A stretch of DNA of 18,909 nt from NCBI GenBank assembly GCA_038279365.1, contig JAYODI010000099.1, forward strand, positions 1 through 18,909, written 5' to 3'. The notes under the pieces were generated by a model, which did not search any database, was not told the DNA's origin, and saw only the letters and a list, made by a program, of their open reading frames with translations. The translations under genes and the position numbers were made by a program. Positions 1-8,219 of the stretch are shown piece after piece; positions within the stretch are counted from its first letter, which is position 1; each line of letters starts with the position of its first letter. The stretch is from Candidatus Latescibacterota bacterium (lineage in GTDB: Bacteria > Latescibacterota > UBA2968).

Positions 1-1
1 T

Positions 2-1057
2 AAAAAAGAGTTAGAAGAAAATGAGCTTGTGAGTTGTTTTGAATCTCAAATTTGCCAAAAAATTGGCGAGTTGCGTTGGATATCGGAAAATGCTCGTATT
101 GTAAGAGATGAGGAAGGGAATATTAAATATTATGAAGGTACGATTCAAGATATTACGCCGCGTCGGGTGGCACAAGAAGCACTTCAAAGAAACAAAGAAG
201 AATTAGAATTGGCCAATCAACAACTGAAGCAAACCCAAACGCAAATGGTTCACCAAGAAAAGATGGCGGGGTTAGGGCAATTGGCTGCTGGCGTGGCGCA
301 TGAAATTAATAACCCTGTTGGATTCATTATGAGTAATCTTGGTACGTTGCGGGAATATGTTGATACATTTAAAGCCTTTTTTGAATCTTATGGACAACTT
401 ATTGGCGCGGTTAAAAATAAAGATGCTCAACTATTAAGATTAAAAATAGAAGAGATTGAAGCACTTAAAGATTCTGAAGATTTAGATTTTTTACTTGAAG
501 ATATTGAACAGCTATTAAATGAATCTGTTGATGGTGCTGTGCGTGTTAAAGATATTGTTTCTGGTTTAAGAAATTTTGCGCGTTTGGATGAGGCCGAAGT
601 AAAAGAAGCTGATATTAATGAAGGTATTGAATCGACCCTTAAGGTAATTTGGAATGCCATCAAATACAAAGCGGAAGTGGTGAAAGAATTGGGCGATATT
701 CCTCATTTGCTATGTTATCCGGCCCAATTGAACCAAGTGTTTATGAATTTGTTAACAAATGCAGCACAAGCTATGGATGAAAGAGGCAAAATAAATATTC
801 GAACGTATGTGGCACATAAAAATATTTTTATTGAGATTAAGGACACTGGAAAAGGAATTCGACCAGAACATTTGGACAAACTGTTTGATCCGTTTTTTAC
901 AACCAAACCTGTGGGTACGGGTACGGGGTTAGGGCTTGCCATTTCCCATGGCATTATTGAAAAGCACAAGGGTAAGATTTCGGTGCAGAGTGAAGTGGGA
1001 AAAGGCACAACATTTACCATTTCATTACCCATTGAGGGAGGTGTTGAAAGTGAATAA
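2..1057 (+). CDS. PAS/PAC-containing sensor histidine kinase (NtrB/AtoS-like), 5' truncated by window edge
   Basis: Frame is open from nt 2. PAC-like WISENARIVRDEEGNIKYYEGTIQDIT, H-box AHEINNP, N-box QVFMNLLTNAAQAM, G1 DTGKGI, F-box FDPFFTTK, G2 GTGLGL. Confidence 0.95.
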   Translation, partial: KKELEENELVSCFESQICQKIGELRWISENARIVRDEEGNIKYYEGTIQDITPRRVAQEALQRNKEELELANQQLKQTQTQMVHQEKMAGLGQLAAGVAHEINNPVGFIMSNLGTLREYVDTFKAFFESYGQLIGAVKNKDAQLLRLKIEEIEALKDSEDLDFLLEDIEQLLNESVDGAVRVKDIVSGLRNFARLDEAEVKEADINEGIESTLKVIWNAIKYKAEVVKELGDIPHLLCYPAQLNQVFMNLLTNAAQAMDERGKINIRTYVAHKNIFIEIKDTGKGIRPEHLDKLFDPFFTTKPVGTGTGLGLAISHGIIEKHKGKISVQSEVGKGTTFTISLPIEGGVESE

Positions 1058-2231
1058 AGTTGTTTTGTGTGTTGATGATGAAGAAAACGTGTTGTTTGCA
1101 CTCCAACGTGAAATGAGTCGGGTGGCAGATCGGGTATTGATTGCTCAAAGTGGTGAAGAAGGTCTTGATATTTTAGGAGCTGAAGATGTATCTGTTGTGA
1201 TATCAGACATGCGCATGCCCGAAATGGAGGGTGCCGAATTTCTCAAACATGTGCGGCAAGGATGGCCTGATATTTATCGTATTATGCTTACAGGTTATGC
1301 AGATTTGTCTACGATTACGGCTGGGGTAAATGAAGGGGAAATACATCGTTTTTTGGCAAAACCGTGGGATTCTCAGGCGCTTAGAGTTGCTGTGGAAATA
1401 GGTTTTGATCGGGTGCGCTTGGTGCGCGAAAATCGAATCTTGGCCGAACAATTGGAAATACAAAATGTGCAATTGCAAGACCTGAATGACCATTTGGAGG
1501 AGCGTGTTGCTGAGCGTACAGAACAATTGAAACACGCTTATGCTGAGCTTGCCCATAGTGAAAAACTATCGGCGGTGGGGCGGTTGGCTGCAGGTGTGGT
1601 TCACGAGGTGCTTAACCCGCTTACGGTGGCTACTGGACGGCTTGAGATGATGAAGATGGATGAAAAACTCAGCGTGGAGCATCAACGAAACTTGGGTATT
1701 GGTGTAGAGCAAATATTAAAAGCCGTGAAAATTTTAGATAATTTACGTGATTTTTCAAAACAACGTCCACCCGAACGGAGTTGGTTAGATATCAATTTGC
1801 TCATTTCAGATTCTGTTGATTTGCTTTCTTATGAATTCACAAAACACAAAATCAAAGTTTCAAAACATTTAGGCATTTTGAAACAAATCCGTATTGATAA
1901 AGATCAAATGGCGCAAATTTTTTTAAACTTATTTGGAAATGCTTTAGATGCCATGCAAGACGAAGGTCAGCTCGTTGTATCAACGGAATGGAAAGAATCC
2001 GATGGTCAGGAAGGGGTTGAGATTTACATTTCAGATACAGGAACAGGGATACCCGAAGAAAGTTTGACACGTATTTTTGACCCATTTTTTACATCAAAAA
2101 AAAATGGTACAGGCTTGGGTCTTTCAATATGTCAAGGTATCATTGAAAATCATGGTGGTACTATTACGGCTCAAAGTGTGCTGGGTGAGGGTACGACATT
2201 CCAAATTTGGTTACCTATTGGAAATGAGTAA
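1050..2231 (+). CDS. Hybrid response-regulator receiver / histidine kinase
   Basis: Likely GTG start at 1050 overlapping the upstream TAA, with GAGGGAGG upstream. REC motifs VDDE, SDMRMP, LTG, KPW; coiled coil; H-box VHEVLNP; DTGTGI, FDPFFTSK, GTGLGL. Confidence 0.93.
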   Translation: MNKVVLCVDDEENVLFALQREMSRVADRVLIAQSGEEGLDILGAEDVSVVISDMRMPEMEGAEFLKHVRQGWPDIYRIMLTGYADLSTITAGVNEGEIHRFLAKPWDSQALRVAVEIGFDRVRLVRENRILAEQLEIQNVQLQDLNDHLEERVAERTEQLKHAYAELAHSEKLSAVGRLAAGVVHEVLNPLTVATGRLEMMKMDEKLSVEHQRNLGIGVEQILKAVKILDNLRDFSKQRPPERSWLDINLLISDSVDLLSYEFTKHKIKVSKHLGILKQIRIDKDQMAQIFLNLFGNALDAMQDEGQLVVSTEWKESDGQEGVEIYISDTGTGIPEESLTRIFDPFFTSKKNGTGLGLSICQGIIENHGGTITAQSVLGEGTTFQIWLPIGNE

Positions 2232-2245
2232 AATGAATCTCAGAC

Positions 2246-3184
2246 TTATTTGGGGTGATAATATGCCAGCAATTCGGTGAGGCCTTGTGTGAGTGTGTAG
2301 TCGGGGTGAAAACCCAATAGCGATTGTGTGTGCGAGATATCGGCCGATGAGTAACGAATGTCACCAGCGCGCTCGGGTTCAAATGTGGGCGCGATGTGTG
2401 TGCCTTGGATATTTTGAATGGTGTTGAGGAGGTCTAAGAGGGTAACGCTTTCACCTGTGGCAACATTAAATGCTTCGCCACCTTTTAGGTTGGGTGCATG
2501 CATGGCCAATAGATTGGCTTTGGCCACGTCTTTGACAAAGACAAAGTCGCGAGATTGTTTGCCATCGCCAAAAATGGTGATGGGATGGTTTTTTAAGACG
2601 CGATCTACGAATATTGAAATGACGCCCGAGTAAGATGATTTGGGATCTTGCCGTGGGCCATAAACGTTAAAGTAACGCAGTGCCACGACGGGTAAGCTGT
2701 AGAGTGTGGAGAAGATGTGTGCGTAATATTCTTTCCCGATTTTTGCAAGCGCATAAGGCGATTCTGGCTGGGGGCGCATCGTTTCTTTTTTGGGTAAGAC
2801 TGGATCGTTTCCATAAATGGATGCCGAGCTGGCTAAGACCACCCGTTTGACGCCTGCATTTTGGGATGCTTCTAATACATTGAGGGTGCCGGTTAAGTTG
2901 ATTTCGTGGTTGTCTCTGGGAAGCCTGACAGACTCAATGACCGATACCAGCGCGGCTTCATGAAAGACATAATCGACACCTTGCATGGCAGATGAAAGTG
3001 CATCACTGTCGCGTACATCGGCTTCGATGAAGGTGACGCGATTGAATAGGTGGGCAATGTTTTGGGTGTAGCCAGAAGATAGATTGTCGTAGATGCGTAT
3101 TTCATGATCACCCTCTTCCAACAAGGCTTCGGCAATGTGTGAACCGATAAAACCTGCGCCACCTGTAATTAAATAAACAGCCAT
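2246..3184 (-). CDS. NAD-dependent epimerase/dehydratase (extended SDR, UDP-glucose/UDP-GlcNAc 4-epimerase-like)
   Basis: TGGAGFIGSH Rossmann motif, ASSASIYG, YxxxK (YALAK), LRYFNVYGPRQDP, GDGKQSRDFVFV; GAGG RBS upstream. Confidence 0.95.
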   Translation of the reverse strand: MAVYLITGGAGFIGSHIAEALLEEGDHEIRIYDNLSSGYTQNIAHLFNRVTFIEADVRDSDALSSAMQGVDYVFHEAALVSVIESVRLPRDNHEINLTGTLNVLEASQNAGVKRVVLASSASIYGNDPVLPKKETMRPQPESPYALAKIGKEYYAHIFSTLYSLPVVALRYFNVYGPRQDPKSSYSGVISIFVDRVLKNHPITIFGDGKQSRDFVFVKDVAKANLLAMHAPNLKGGEAFNVATGESVTLLDLLNTIQNIQGTHIAPTFEPERAGDIRYSSADISHTQSLLGFHPDYTLTQGLTELLAYYHPK

Positions 3185-3337
3185 TTGACCTCACTTTTGT
3201 ATGTGTCGTTTTTGGTAAGGCTTCAAGATATAGATAAATGAATAAAAATCAATTCCTACGTTATACAGGGATTGATTTGTTATAGAAAATAAAATAGGGA
3301 TAAGTGGAAATTGTTGGTACAGTTCCTATGTTCTGTA

Positions 3338-3366
3338 TTGACAATAGAGGATGAAATGTTTACTGT
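3338..3366 (+). promoter_or_regulatory. Putative sigma70 promoter for leader ORF 1
   Basis: TTGACA (3338-3343), 17-nt spacer, TACTGT (3361-3366), about 40 nt before ATG 3409. Confidence 0.6.
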
Positions 3367-3408
3367 TTGGACACGTGTTTTAAATAGAAATTTAATTTGG
3401 TATGGATC

Positions 3409-3678
3409 ATGCGCACGCAAAAAAAACTTATCACACTTGCTGTTATTTTGGTTGTTTCGGCATTTTTCGGTGTCTATGGTCATGCGGTTTTAGATGATCA
3501 TGGTGCTGGAGAAGTGTGTGTTGTTTGTGTCTTTATGCAAACCGGTGGTGCACCCATTGGAGTTGTGTTTTCTCTCACATTGTTTCTCATTTCCTTCGCC
3601 TTGCGCGTTTCTGCTTTTTCCTTCCTTGCTGTTGTCCTTTCTATTGCCACACCTGGTCGTTCACCGCCTATTTCTTAA
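3409..3678 (+). CDS. Small membrane protein / leader peptide 1 with CxxC and C-terminal GRSPP (DUF2946-like)
   Basis: 89 aa: basic N-terminus, hydrophobic segment, GHAVLDDH then CVVC, second hydrophobic stretch, ends PGRSPPIS. Matches the DUF2946 pattern (N-terminal TM/signal, CxxC, C-terminal RxPP). Confidence 0.75.
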   Translation: MRTQKKLITLAVILVVSAFFGVYGHAVLDDHGAGEVCVVCVFMQTGGAPIGVVFSLTLFLISFALRVSAFSFLAVVLSIATPGRSPPIS

Positions 3679-3737
3679 TGTCACGTAAATGATGGTATTT
3701 GATACGATTTGCGTATGATGTTTGTGCTGTACGCAAC

Positions 3738-3767
3738 TTGACAATATGTACGTGTGTCGAGTAGACT
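3738..3767 (+). promoter_or_regulatory. Putative sigma70 promoter for leader ORF 2 and the metal-uptake operon
   Basis: TTGACA (3738-3743), 18-nt spacer, TAGACT (3762-3767), about 40 nt before ATG 3806. Confidence 0.55.
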
Positions 3768-3805
3768 TTAAGAAACTAAGGCTAAACGTCATGTTACCCG
3801 CTTCT

Positions 3806-4087
3806 ATGAACAAACAATCACTGGCCGTTAAGCTGGTGATGGTTCTGATGTTGTGCGCATTTTTTGCCGTTTCTTGGCATGGGTTTGCGGCAGAACATTT
3901 AGACCATGTCCATTTAACAGAACAATGCCAGATCTGTCATTGGTTGCAAACAGCCCTTTGGATAACTGTTTCTGCTACTGCTTTGTACGCGTGGTGTGTG
4001 TACGAACGCATACATATTTTTGCCTCTCTGTTGTTGCCTCTGTTTTCCCTCCAAAGTCCTTCTGGTCGGTCTCCTCCACGTTATTAA
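3806..4087 (+). CDS. Small membrane protein / leader peptide 2 with His cluster, CxxC and C-terminal GRSPP (DUF2946-like)
   Basis: 93 aa from ATG 3806 (alternative ATG 3791): hydrophobic N-terminus, WHGFAAEHLDHVH, CQICH, hydrophobic stretch, ends SGRSPPRY. Same architecture as 3409-3678. Confidence 0.78.
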   Translation: MNKQSLAVKLVMVLMLCAFFAVSWHGFAAEHLDHVHLTEQCQICHWLQTALWITVSATALYAWCVYERIHIFASLLLPLFSLQSPSGRSPPRY

Positions 4088-4176
4088 ATCTTTCTCTTAT
4101 TTTTTTGATAGGCCAACACACATAGTGTGTGTTGGGTGCTTGTGTACACCTGTACTCGGGAGAAGGTTTAATGATG
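4079..4176 (+). promoter_or_regulatory. Predicted mRNA structure sequestering the RBS and start codons of the outer-membrane gene
   Basis: 4079-4092 CGTTATTAAATCTT pairs with 4163-4176 AAGGTTTAATGATG (11 WC + 3 G:U). It encloses a perfect 10-bp hairpin CCAACACACA-TAG-TGTGTGTTGG (4113-4135). Confidence 0.55.
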
Positions 4177-5361
4177 AAGATCTTTCTATTTGTATTGCTC
4201 AGTGGGAGCATGTCTTCCATTTGGGCACAGTCTGTGGTGCCAACCCAGCAAGCATTGTCTGCGTGGTTGCAGACGCAAGGAAGTACAACTGCAACAGGTA
4301 CTTCAACGGCATTTAATCCAGCAATTAGTGTGAATGGTTTGTTTTTGGGGTTCTACACATCGTCGCCCTTTTTGCGCCCGCCTGCTTTTGGTGATGCACA
4401 TGATCACGAAGAGGAACTTGAGGAAGAAGGTCACGAGGGGGATCATGAAGAGGACGATGGGCATGCACATGCACATGGGTTGCCTGAAAGTTCGGGTCTT
4501 CAGGTACAAGAAGTGGAAGTGCGATTTAGCGCTGTTGTGGATGCCTATTTCAAAGCCGATATGACGTTGGCCATTCCGGGAACTGAGAATATTGAACTTG
4601 AAGAAGGTGTGCTTGAAACGATTTTTTTGCCCAGTGTGACGCTAAAAGCGGGTAAATTTTATGGCGCGTTAGGAAAACACAATAACCTGCATACCCATGC
4701 GTTTCCATTTGTGGATCCACCCATTGCCAACGAAAGGCTTTTGGGTGGAGAAGGGTTGAATGAGGTGGGGGTAGGGGCCAGTGTGTTGTTGCCTACAACG
4801 TGGTATTCGGAGTTTCAAGGGCAAGTGTTGAATGGTGATCACGCATTGTTTAACAGTACACGAGATCGCGATTTTGCGTATTTGGGGCGGTGGACAAATC
4901 TGTGGAATGTAAACGATAATGCAACGTTAGAGTTGGGTGGTTCTTATGTGTTTGGCAAAAATGAATTCACCAAATTTTCACAGGTTTGGGGTGGCGATGT
5001 GACGTTTAAGTGGCGACCTGCTCGACAGGTACGAGATCGCGGTTTGACCTTGCAGGCTGAGTATTTGCAGGCACGAGTGGATGATGGGGTTGATATTGAA
5101 AAAGTAGGGGGCATGTATGCACTGGTACAATACCAATTTGCCCGACGCTGGTGGGCACAGGCACGCTACGATGTGTTTGGTATCCCTAAGTTGGCGCCAA
5201 CACGTGAATATCGTGTAAGTGGCTTGTTGACGCTGGCACCCAGTGAATTTTCGGCCATTCGGTTGCAATACAATTTGAATCGTGAAGCGGGGCAAAGCGT
5301 GCATCAATTGGCTTTGCAATTGAATTTTACAATGGGTGCGCATCCTGCTCATGCCTATTGA
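4171..5361 (+). CDS. His/acid-rich outer-membrane beta-barrel protein, probable metal (Zn/Mn/Ni/Co) uptake channel
   Basis: GGAGAAGG RBS, signal peptide ending IWA-Q, tract HDHEEELEEEGHEGDHEEDDGHAHAH, QEVEVRFSAVVDAYF, KHNNLHTH, alternating beta-strand pattern, C-terminal GAHPAHAY; directly upstream of ZnuA/ZnuB-like genes. Confidence 0.75.
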   Translation: MMKIFLFVLLSGSMSSIWAQSVVPTQQALSAWLQTQGSTTATGTSTAFNPAISVNGLFLGFYTSSPFLRPPAFGDAHDHEEELEEEGHEGDHEEDDGHAHAHGLPESSGLQVQEVEVRFSAVVDAYFKADMTLAIPGTENIELEEGVLETIFLPSVTLKAGKFYGALGKHNNLHTHAFPFVDPPIANERLLGGEGLNEVGVGASVLLPTTWYSEFQGQVLNGDHALFNSTRDRDFAYLGRWTNLWNVNDNATLELGGSYVFGKNEFTKFSQVWGGDVTFKWRPARQVRDRGLTLQAEYLQARVDDGVDIEKVGGMYALVQYQFARRWWAQARYDVFGIPKLAPTREYRVSGLLTLAPSEFSAIRLQYNLNREAGQSVHQLALQLNFTMGAHPAHAY

Positions 5362-5370
5362 TGATTCGGT

Positions 5371-5405
5371 CATCAAAGTGGGGAGATTGTTTCCCAACTT
5401 TGATG
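5371..5405 (+). other. Intergenic stem-loop without U-tract
   Basis: CATCAAAGT (5371-5379) pairs with ACTTTGATG (5397-5405), plus an inner GGGAGA/TTTCCC stem. Possibly an mRNA stability or processing element. Confidence 0.5.
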
Positions 5406-5474
5406 GGACATTTGAATTTGTGAAACATAATGATGCCATTGTACTATGACTTTGTGATAATCAGGAGTGTGACG

Positions 5475-6386
5475 ATGAATCGCATGATTTTTGGGATTGT
5501 CTCATTTGTAATGATTTTAACTATGAATAGTGATGCAAAAATTCGGGTGGTGACCACCACGACCGATTTGGGAGCGATTGTGAAAGCTGTGGGTGGTGAT
5601 GAGGTGGATGTTGAGGTGATTGCAAAAGGCTATCAAGACCCGCACTATGTGCAGGCCAAGCCGAGTTATATGCGACTCATGAATCGGGCAGATTTGTTGG
5701 TGTATGTGGGCATGGAACTTGAGGTGGGGTGGTTGCCTCTTTTGATTCAGGGTGCGCGCAACCCCAATATTGTGCCTGGTGCCATGGGGCATTTGGATGC
5801 ATCGATTGGTATTCGACGCTTGGATGTGCCCACGGGGCAAGTGGATCGGTCGATGGGTGATGTGCATCCTGATGGCAACCCACACTATTGGCTTGATCCG
5901 CGAAATGGGATTGTGATTGCAAAAACTGTTGCTGAAAAATTAAGTGCATTGGAGCCCGACAAAGCCAATGTGTTTATGGCCAATTATAAAACTTTTCAGG
6001 CTGACTTAGAAGCGCGGATAGATACCTGGAAAAAGCAGTTGGCGCATTTTGAAGGACAAAAAATGGTCAGCTATCACAAGTTGTGGGTCTATTTATCTGA
6101 TTGGTTGCAATTTGAGGTGGTGGATCAAGTAGAGAATAAAGCGGGTATTCCGCCGAGCCCGCGCCATTTGGCTGATTTGGTGGCACGCATGAAGTCTGAG
6201 CAGATCCGTTTGATTGTGTGTTCGAATTTTGTCGATACAAAGATTGCTCAGCGTGTGGCCGAGCGGTCACAGGCCAAGTTGGTTGTTTTACCTGCATCTG
6301 TTGGTGCTGTTTCGGGTGTGGAGACCTATGCCGATTTGTTTGATTATATTGTTGCGCAGTTGGGTTCGGTGAATGAGGAGATGTGA
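5475..6386 (+). CDS. Metal ABC transporter substrate-binding protein (ZnuA/TroA family)
   Basis: AGGAG RBS, signal peptide, VVTTTTDL, QDPHY, ADLLVYVGMELE, HPDGNPHYWLDP, SYHK, GIPPSPRHL. Confidence 0.93.
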   Translation: MNRMIFGIVSFVMILTMNSDAKIRVVTTTTDLGAIVKAVGGDEVDVEVIAKGYQDPHYVQAKPSYMRLMNRADLLVYVGMELEVGWLPLLIQGARNPNIVPGAMGHLDASIGIRRLDVPTGQVDRSMGDVHPDGNPHYWLDPRNGIVIAKTVAEKLSALEPDKANVFMANYKTFQADLEARIDTWKKQLAHFEGQKMVSYHKLWVYLSDWLQFEVVDQVENKAGIPPSPRHLADLVARMKSEQIRLIVCSNFVDTKIAQRVAERSQAKLVVLPASVGAVSGVETYADLFDYIVAQLGSVNEEM

Positions 6387-7201
6387 TGAGTGATTTTTTA
6401 TTTTTGATGGCGGCCCCTTTTGTGGCATGTTTGATTTTGGTAGGTATTCATGCCTATTTGGGGTTGCATGTGCTGGCTCGTGGTGTGATTTTTGTCGATT
6501 TGTCTTTGGCTCAAATTGCGGCATTTGGCAGTACGCTTGCTTTTTTGTTTGGATATGATTTGCACAGTGGTGCAGCGTATGTGATTTCGTTGGTTGCTAC
6601 ATTTGTTGGCGCAGGCGTGTTTGCTCTTACGCGCTTGCGCCATGCGCGTATTCCGCAGGAGGCGATTATTGGCATTGTATATGCCGTGTCGGCGGCAGCG
6701 GGTATTTTGGCCATTGATCGGGCCCCACATGGTGCCGAGCATGTGAAGCAGATGCTGGTGGGGTCTATTTTGTGGGTGACTTGGGTAGATGTGGCCAAAA
6801 CAGCGGGGATTTATGCGCTTGTGGGTTTGTTTCACTGGGTGTTTCGCAATCGTTTTTTGGCCTTGTCGTTTGATGAAAACCGTGCGCATCGTGAAGGGTG
6901 GTCGGTACGTGGGTGGGATTTTTTATTTTATGCATCATTTGGTTTTGTGATTACCAGTTCTGTTGAAATTGCTGGGGTTTTACTGGTGTTTTCTTTTTTG
7001 GTGGTGCCTGCTGTATGTGCGGTATTGTTTTCAGAAGCAATCAGTACGCGTTTGTTTTTGGGGTGGGTCATTGGGTTTGTTGTGAGTGCGTTGGGGTGTT
7101 CGGCATCTTATGTTTTTGATTTGCCAACTGGGGCAACTGTGGTGTGTATGTTTGGCACTGTCTTGTTGGTATTGGCACTGTTTCGCAAAGTTTGGGTGTG
7201 A
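6383..7201 (+). CDS. Metal ABC transporter permease (ZnuB/ABC-3 family)
   Basis: Overlaps the upstream stop. Multi-TM protein with LGLHVLARGVIFVDLSLAQ, EAIIGIVY, LVGSIL, AGVLLVFSFLVVPA, DLPTGATVV. Confidence 0.93.
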   Translation: MMSDFLFLMAAPFVACLILVGIHAYLGLHVLARGVIFVDLSLAQIAAFGSTLAFLFGYDLHSGAAYVISLVATFVGAGVFALTRLRHARIPQEAIIGIVYAVSAAAGILAIDRAPHGAEHVKQMLVGSILWVTWVDVAKTAGIYALVGLFHWVFRNRFLALSFDENRAHREGWSVRGWDFLFYASFGFVITSSVEIAGVLLVFSFLVVPAVCAVLFSEAISTRLFLGWVIGFVVSALGCSASYVFDLPTGATVVCMFGTVLLVLALFRKVWV

Positions 7202-7289
7202 ATTTGTACTTGTTCAAGTAGGGTTGCTCGGTATATTAAATATGTGAAACGTTGCCACATATTTTGAACATTTTAAGGGGATGATATTT

Positions 7290-8015
7290 ATGCAACACGC
7301 ACATGGTGAAGGCAAAGAAGCATTGGATATTTTGGAACACGGGGCACCTGTTGATGGACAACCTCAAAGCACCGATCGACGGTTGTACATGCAATTTCAA
7401 GCGTTTACAGGGGTTACCGAAACCGATGAGGTGATTGCGGTATTGGAAGGCAGCGGTTTGGATGCAGCACTTTATGTGGATGCAAATGATCCTTATGGCA
7501 TTGGTGTGGTGTTTATGACCGAGTCTGCAGATGTTTTGGTGACCGATGTACGGGCACTGTTGAACAGTGAGCCATTTGATGTGTTGGATCATCGGCCTGA
7601 ATTTACGATGCTGGGGCGTACGTATGCAACGGGTTATGAACCCGACTTGGAACATGCATTAATTGAACGTCCTAAGAGCAATGTGCTCAACCCTGATTGG
7701 CCGTGGGGCATTTGGTATCCATTGCGTCGCAATGGTGCTTTTGCTGGGTTAGATCACAAAGAGCAACGCCAGATTTTGATGGAACATGCGTCTATTGGTC
7801 GCGCATATGGGCGAGCGGGTTTTGCACACGATGTGCGGTTGGCGTGTTATGGTTTGGATGCCAATGACAATGATTTTGTGATTGGTCTTATTGGTGCAGA
7901 ATTGTATCCGCTGTCGCGGGTTGTGCAAGATATGAGAAAGACACAACAAACGGCATTGTATGTCGATTCATTGGGGCCGTTTTTTGTGGGCAAGAAGATT
8001 TGGCAAAAGAAATAA
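7290..8015 (+). CDS. Chlorite dismutase / coproheme decarboxylase (Cld/ChdC/HemQ) family heme protein
   Basis: C-terminal domain WYPLRR...ILMEHASIGRAY...CYGLDANDNDFVIGL...LSRVVQDMRKT...GPFFVG. ATG 7290 is best spaced from AAGGGG (alternative 7281). Confidence 0.82.
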   Translation: MQHAHGEGKEALDILEHGAPVDGQPQSTDRRLYMQFQAFTGVTETDEVIAVLEGSGLDAALYVDANDPYGIGVVFMTESADVLVTDVRALLNSEPFDVLDHRPEFTMLGRTYATGYEPDLEHALIERPKSNVLNPDWPWGIWYPLRRNGAFAGLDHKEQRQILMEHASIGRAYGRAGFAHDVRLACYGLDANDNDFVIGLIGAELYPLSRVVQDMRKTQQTALYVDSLGPFFVGKKIWQKK

Positions 8016-8040
8016 TGTGACAATCGATAGGAGCATGATG

Positions 8041-8073
8041 ATGGAGTGGGGTTTTGACCTGCTCCATTTTATT
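8041..8073 (+). terminator. Putative intrinsic terminator
   Basis: ATGGAGTGGG / CCTGCTCCAT stem (with G:U pairs) followed by TTTATTT, 25 nt after the stop codon. Confidence 0.6.
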
Positions 8074-8126
8074 TGATAAATACCCCGTTTGGTTTGCAAC
8101 TAATTGTAGACTATGTTACACCTGAT

Positions 8127-8154
8127 GGCTTGTGACTTGTGACTTGCGACTGAA
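8127..8154. repeat. Short heptamer tandem repeat (GACTTGY family)
   Basis: GGCTTGT GACTTGT GACTTGC GACTGAA; the same family occurs at 12845 and 17464-17548. Confidence 0.7.
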
Positions 8155-8219
8155 TTTAACTTGACGCTTGCTGTATTTTCATGTTATCAATAATCCATAC
8201 TCTTTGACAAGGATTGATT

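Noticed and set aside
936-1049. N-terminal extension of the hybrid kinase in the ORF track
   Set aside because: It overlaps the upstream kinase; the REC domain begins at GTG 1050 with an RBS.
3240-3800. Zur/Fur box upstream of the metal operon
   Set aside because: Only half-site-like matches (GAAATGTT near 3353, TACGATTT near 3703); no full palindrome.
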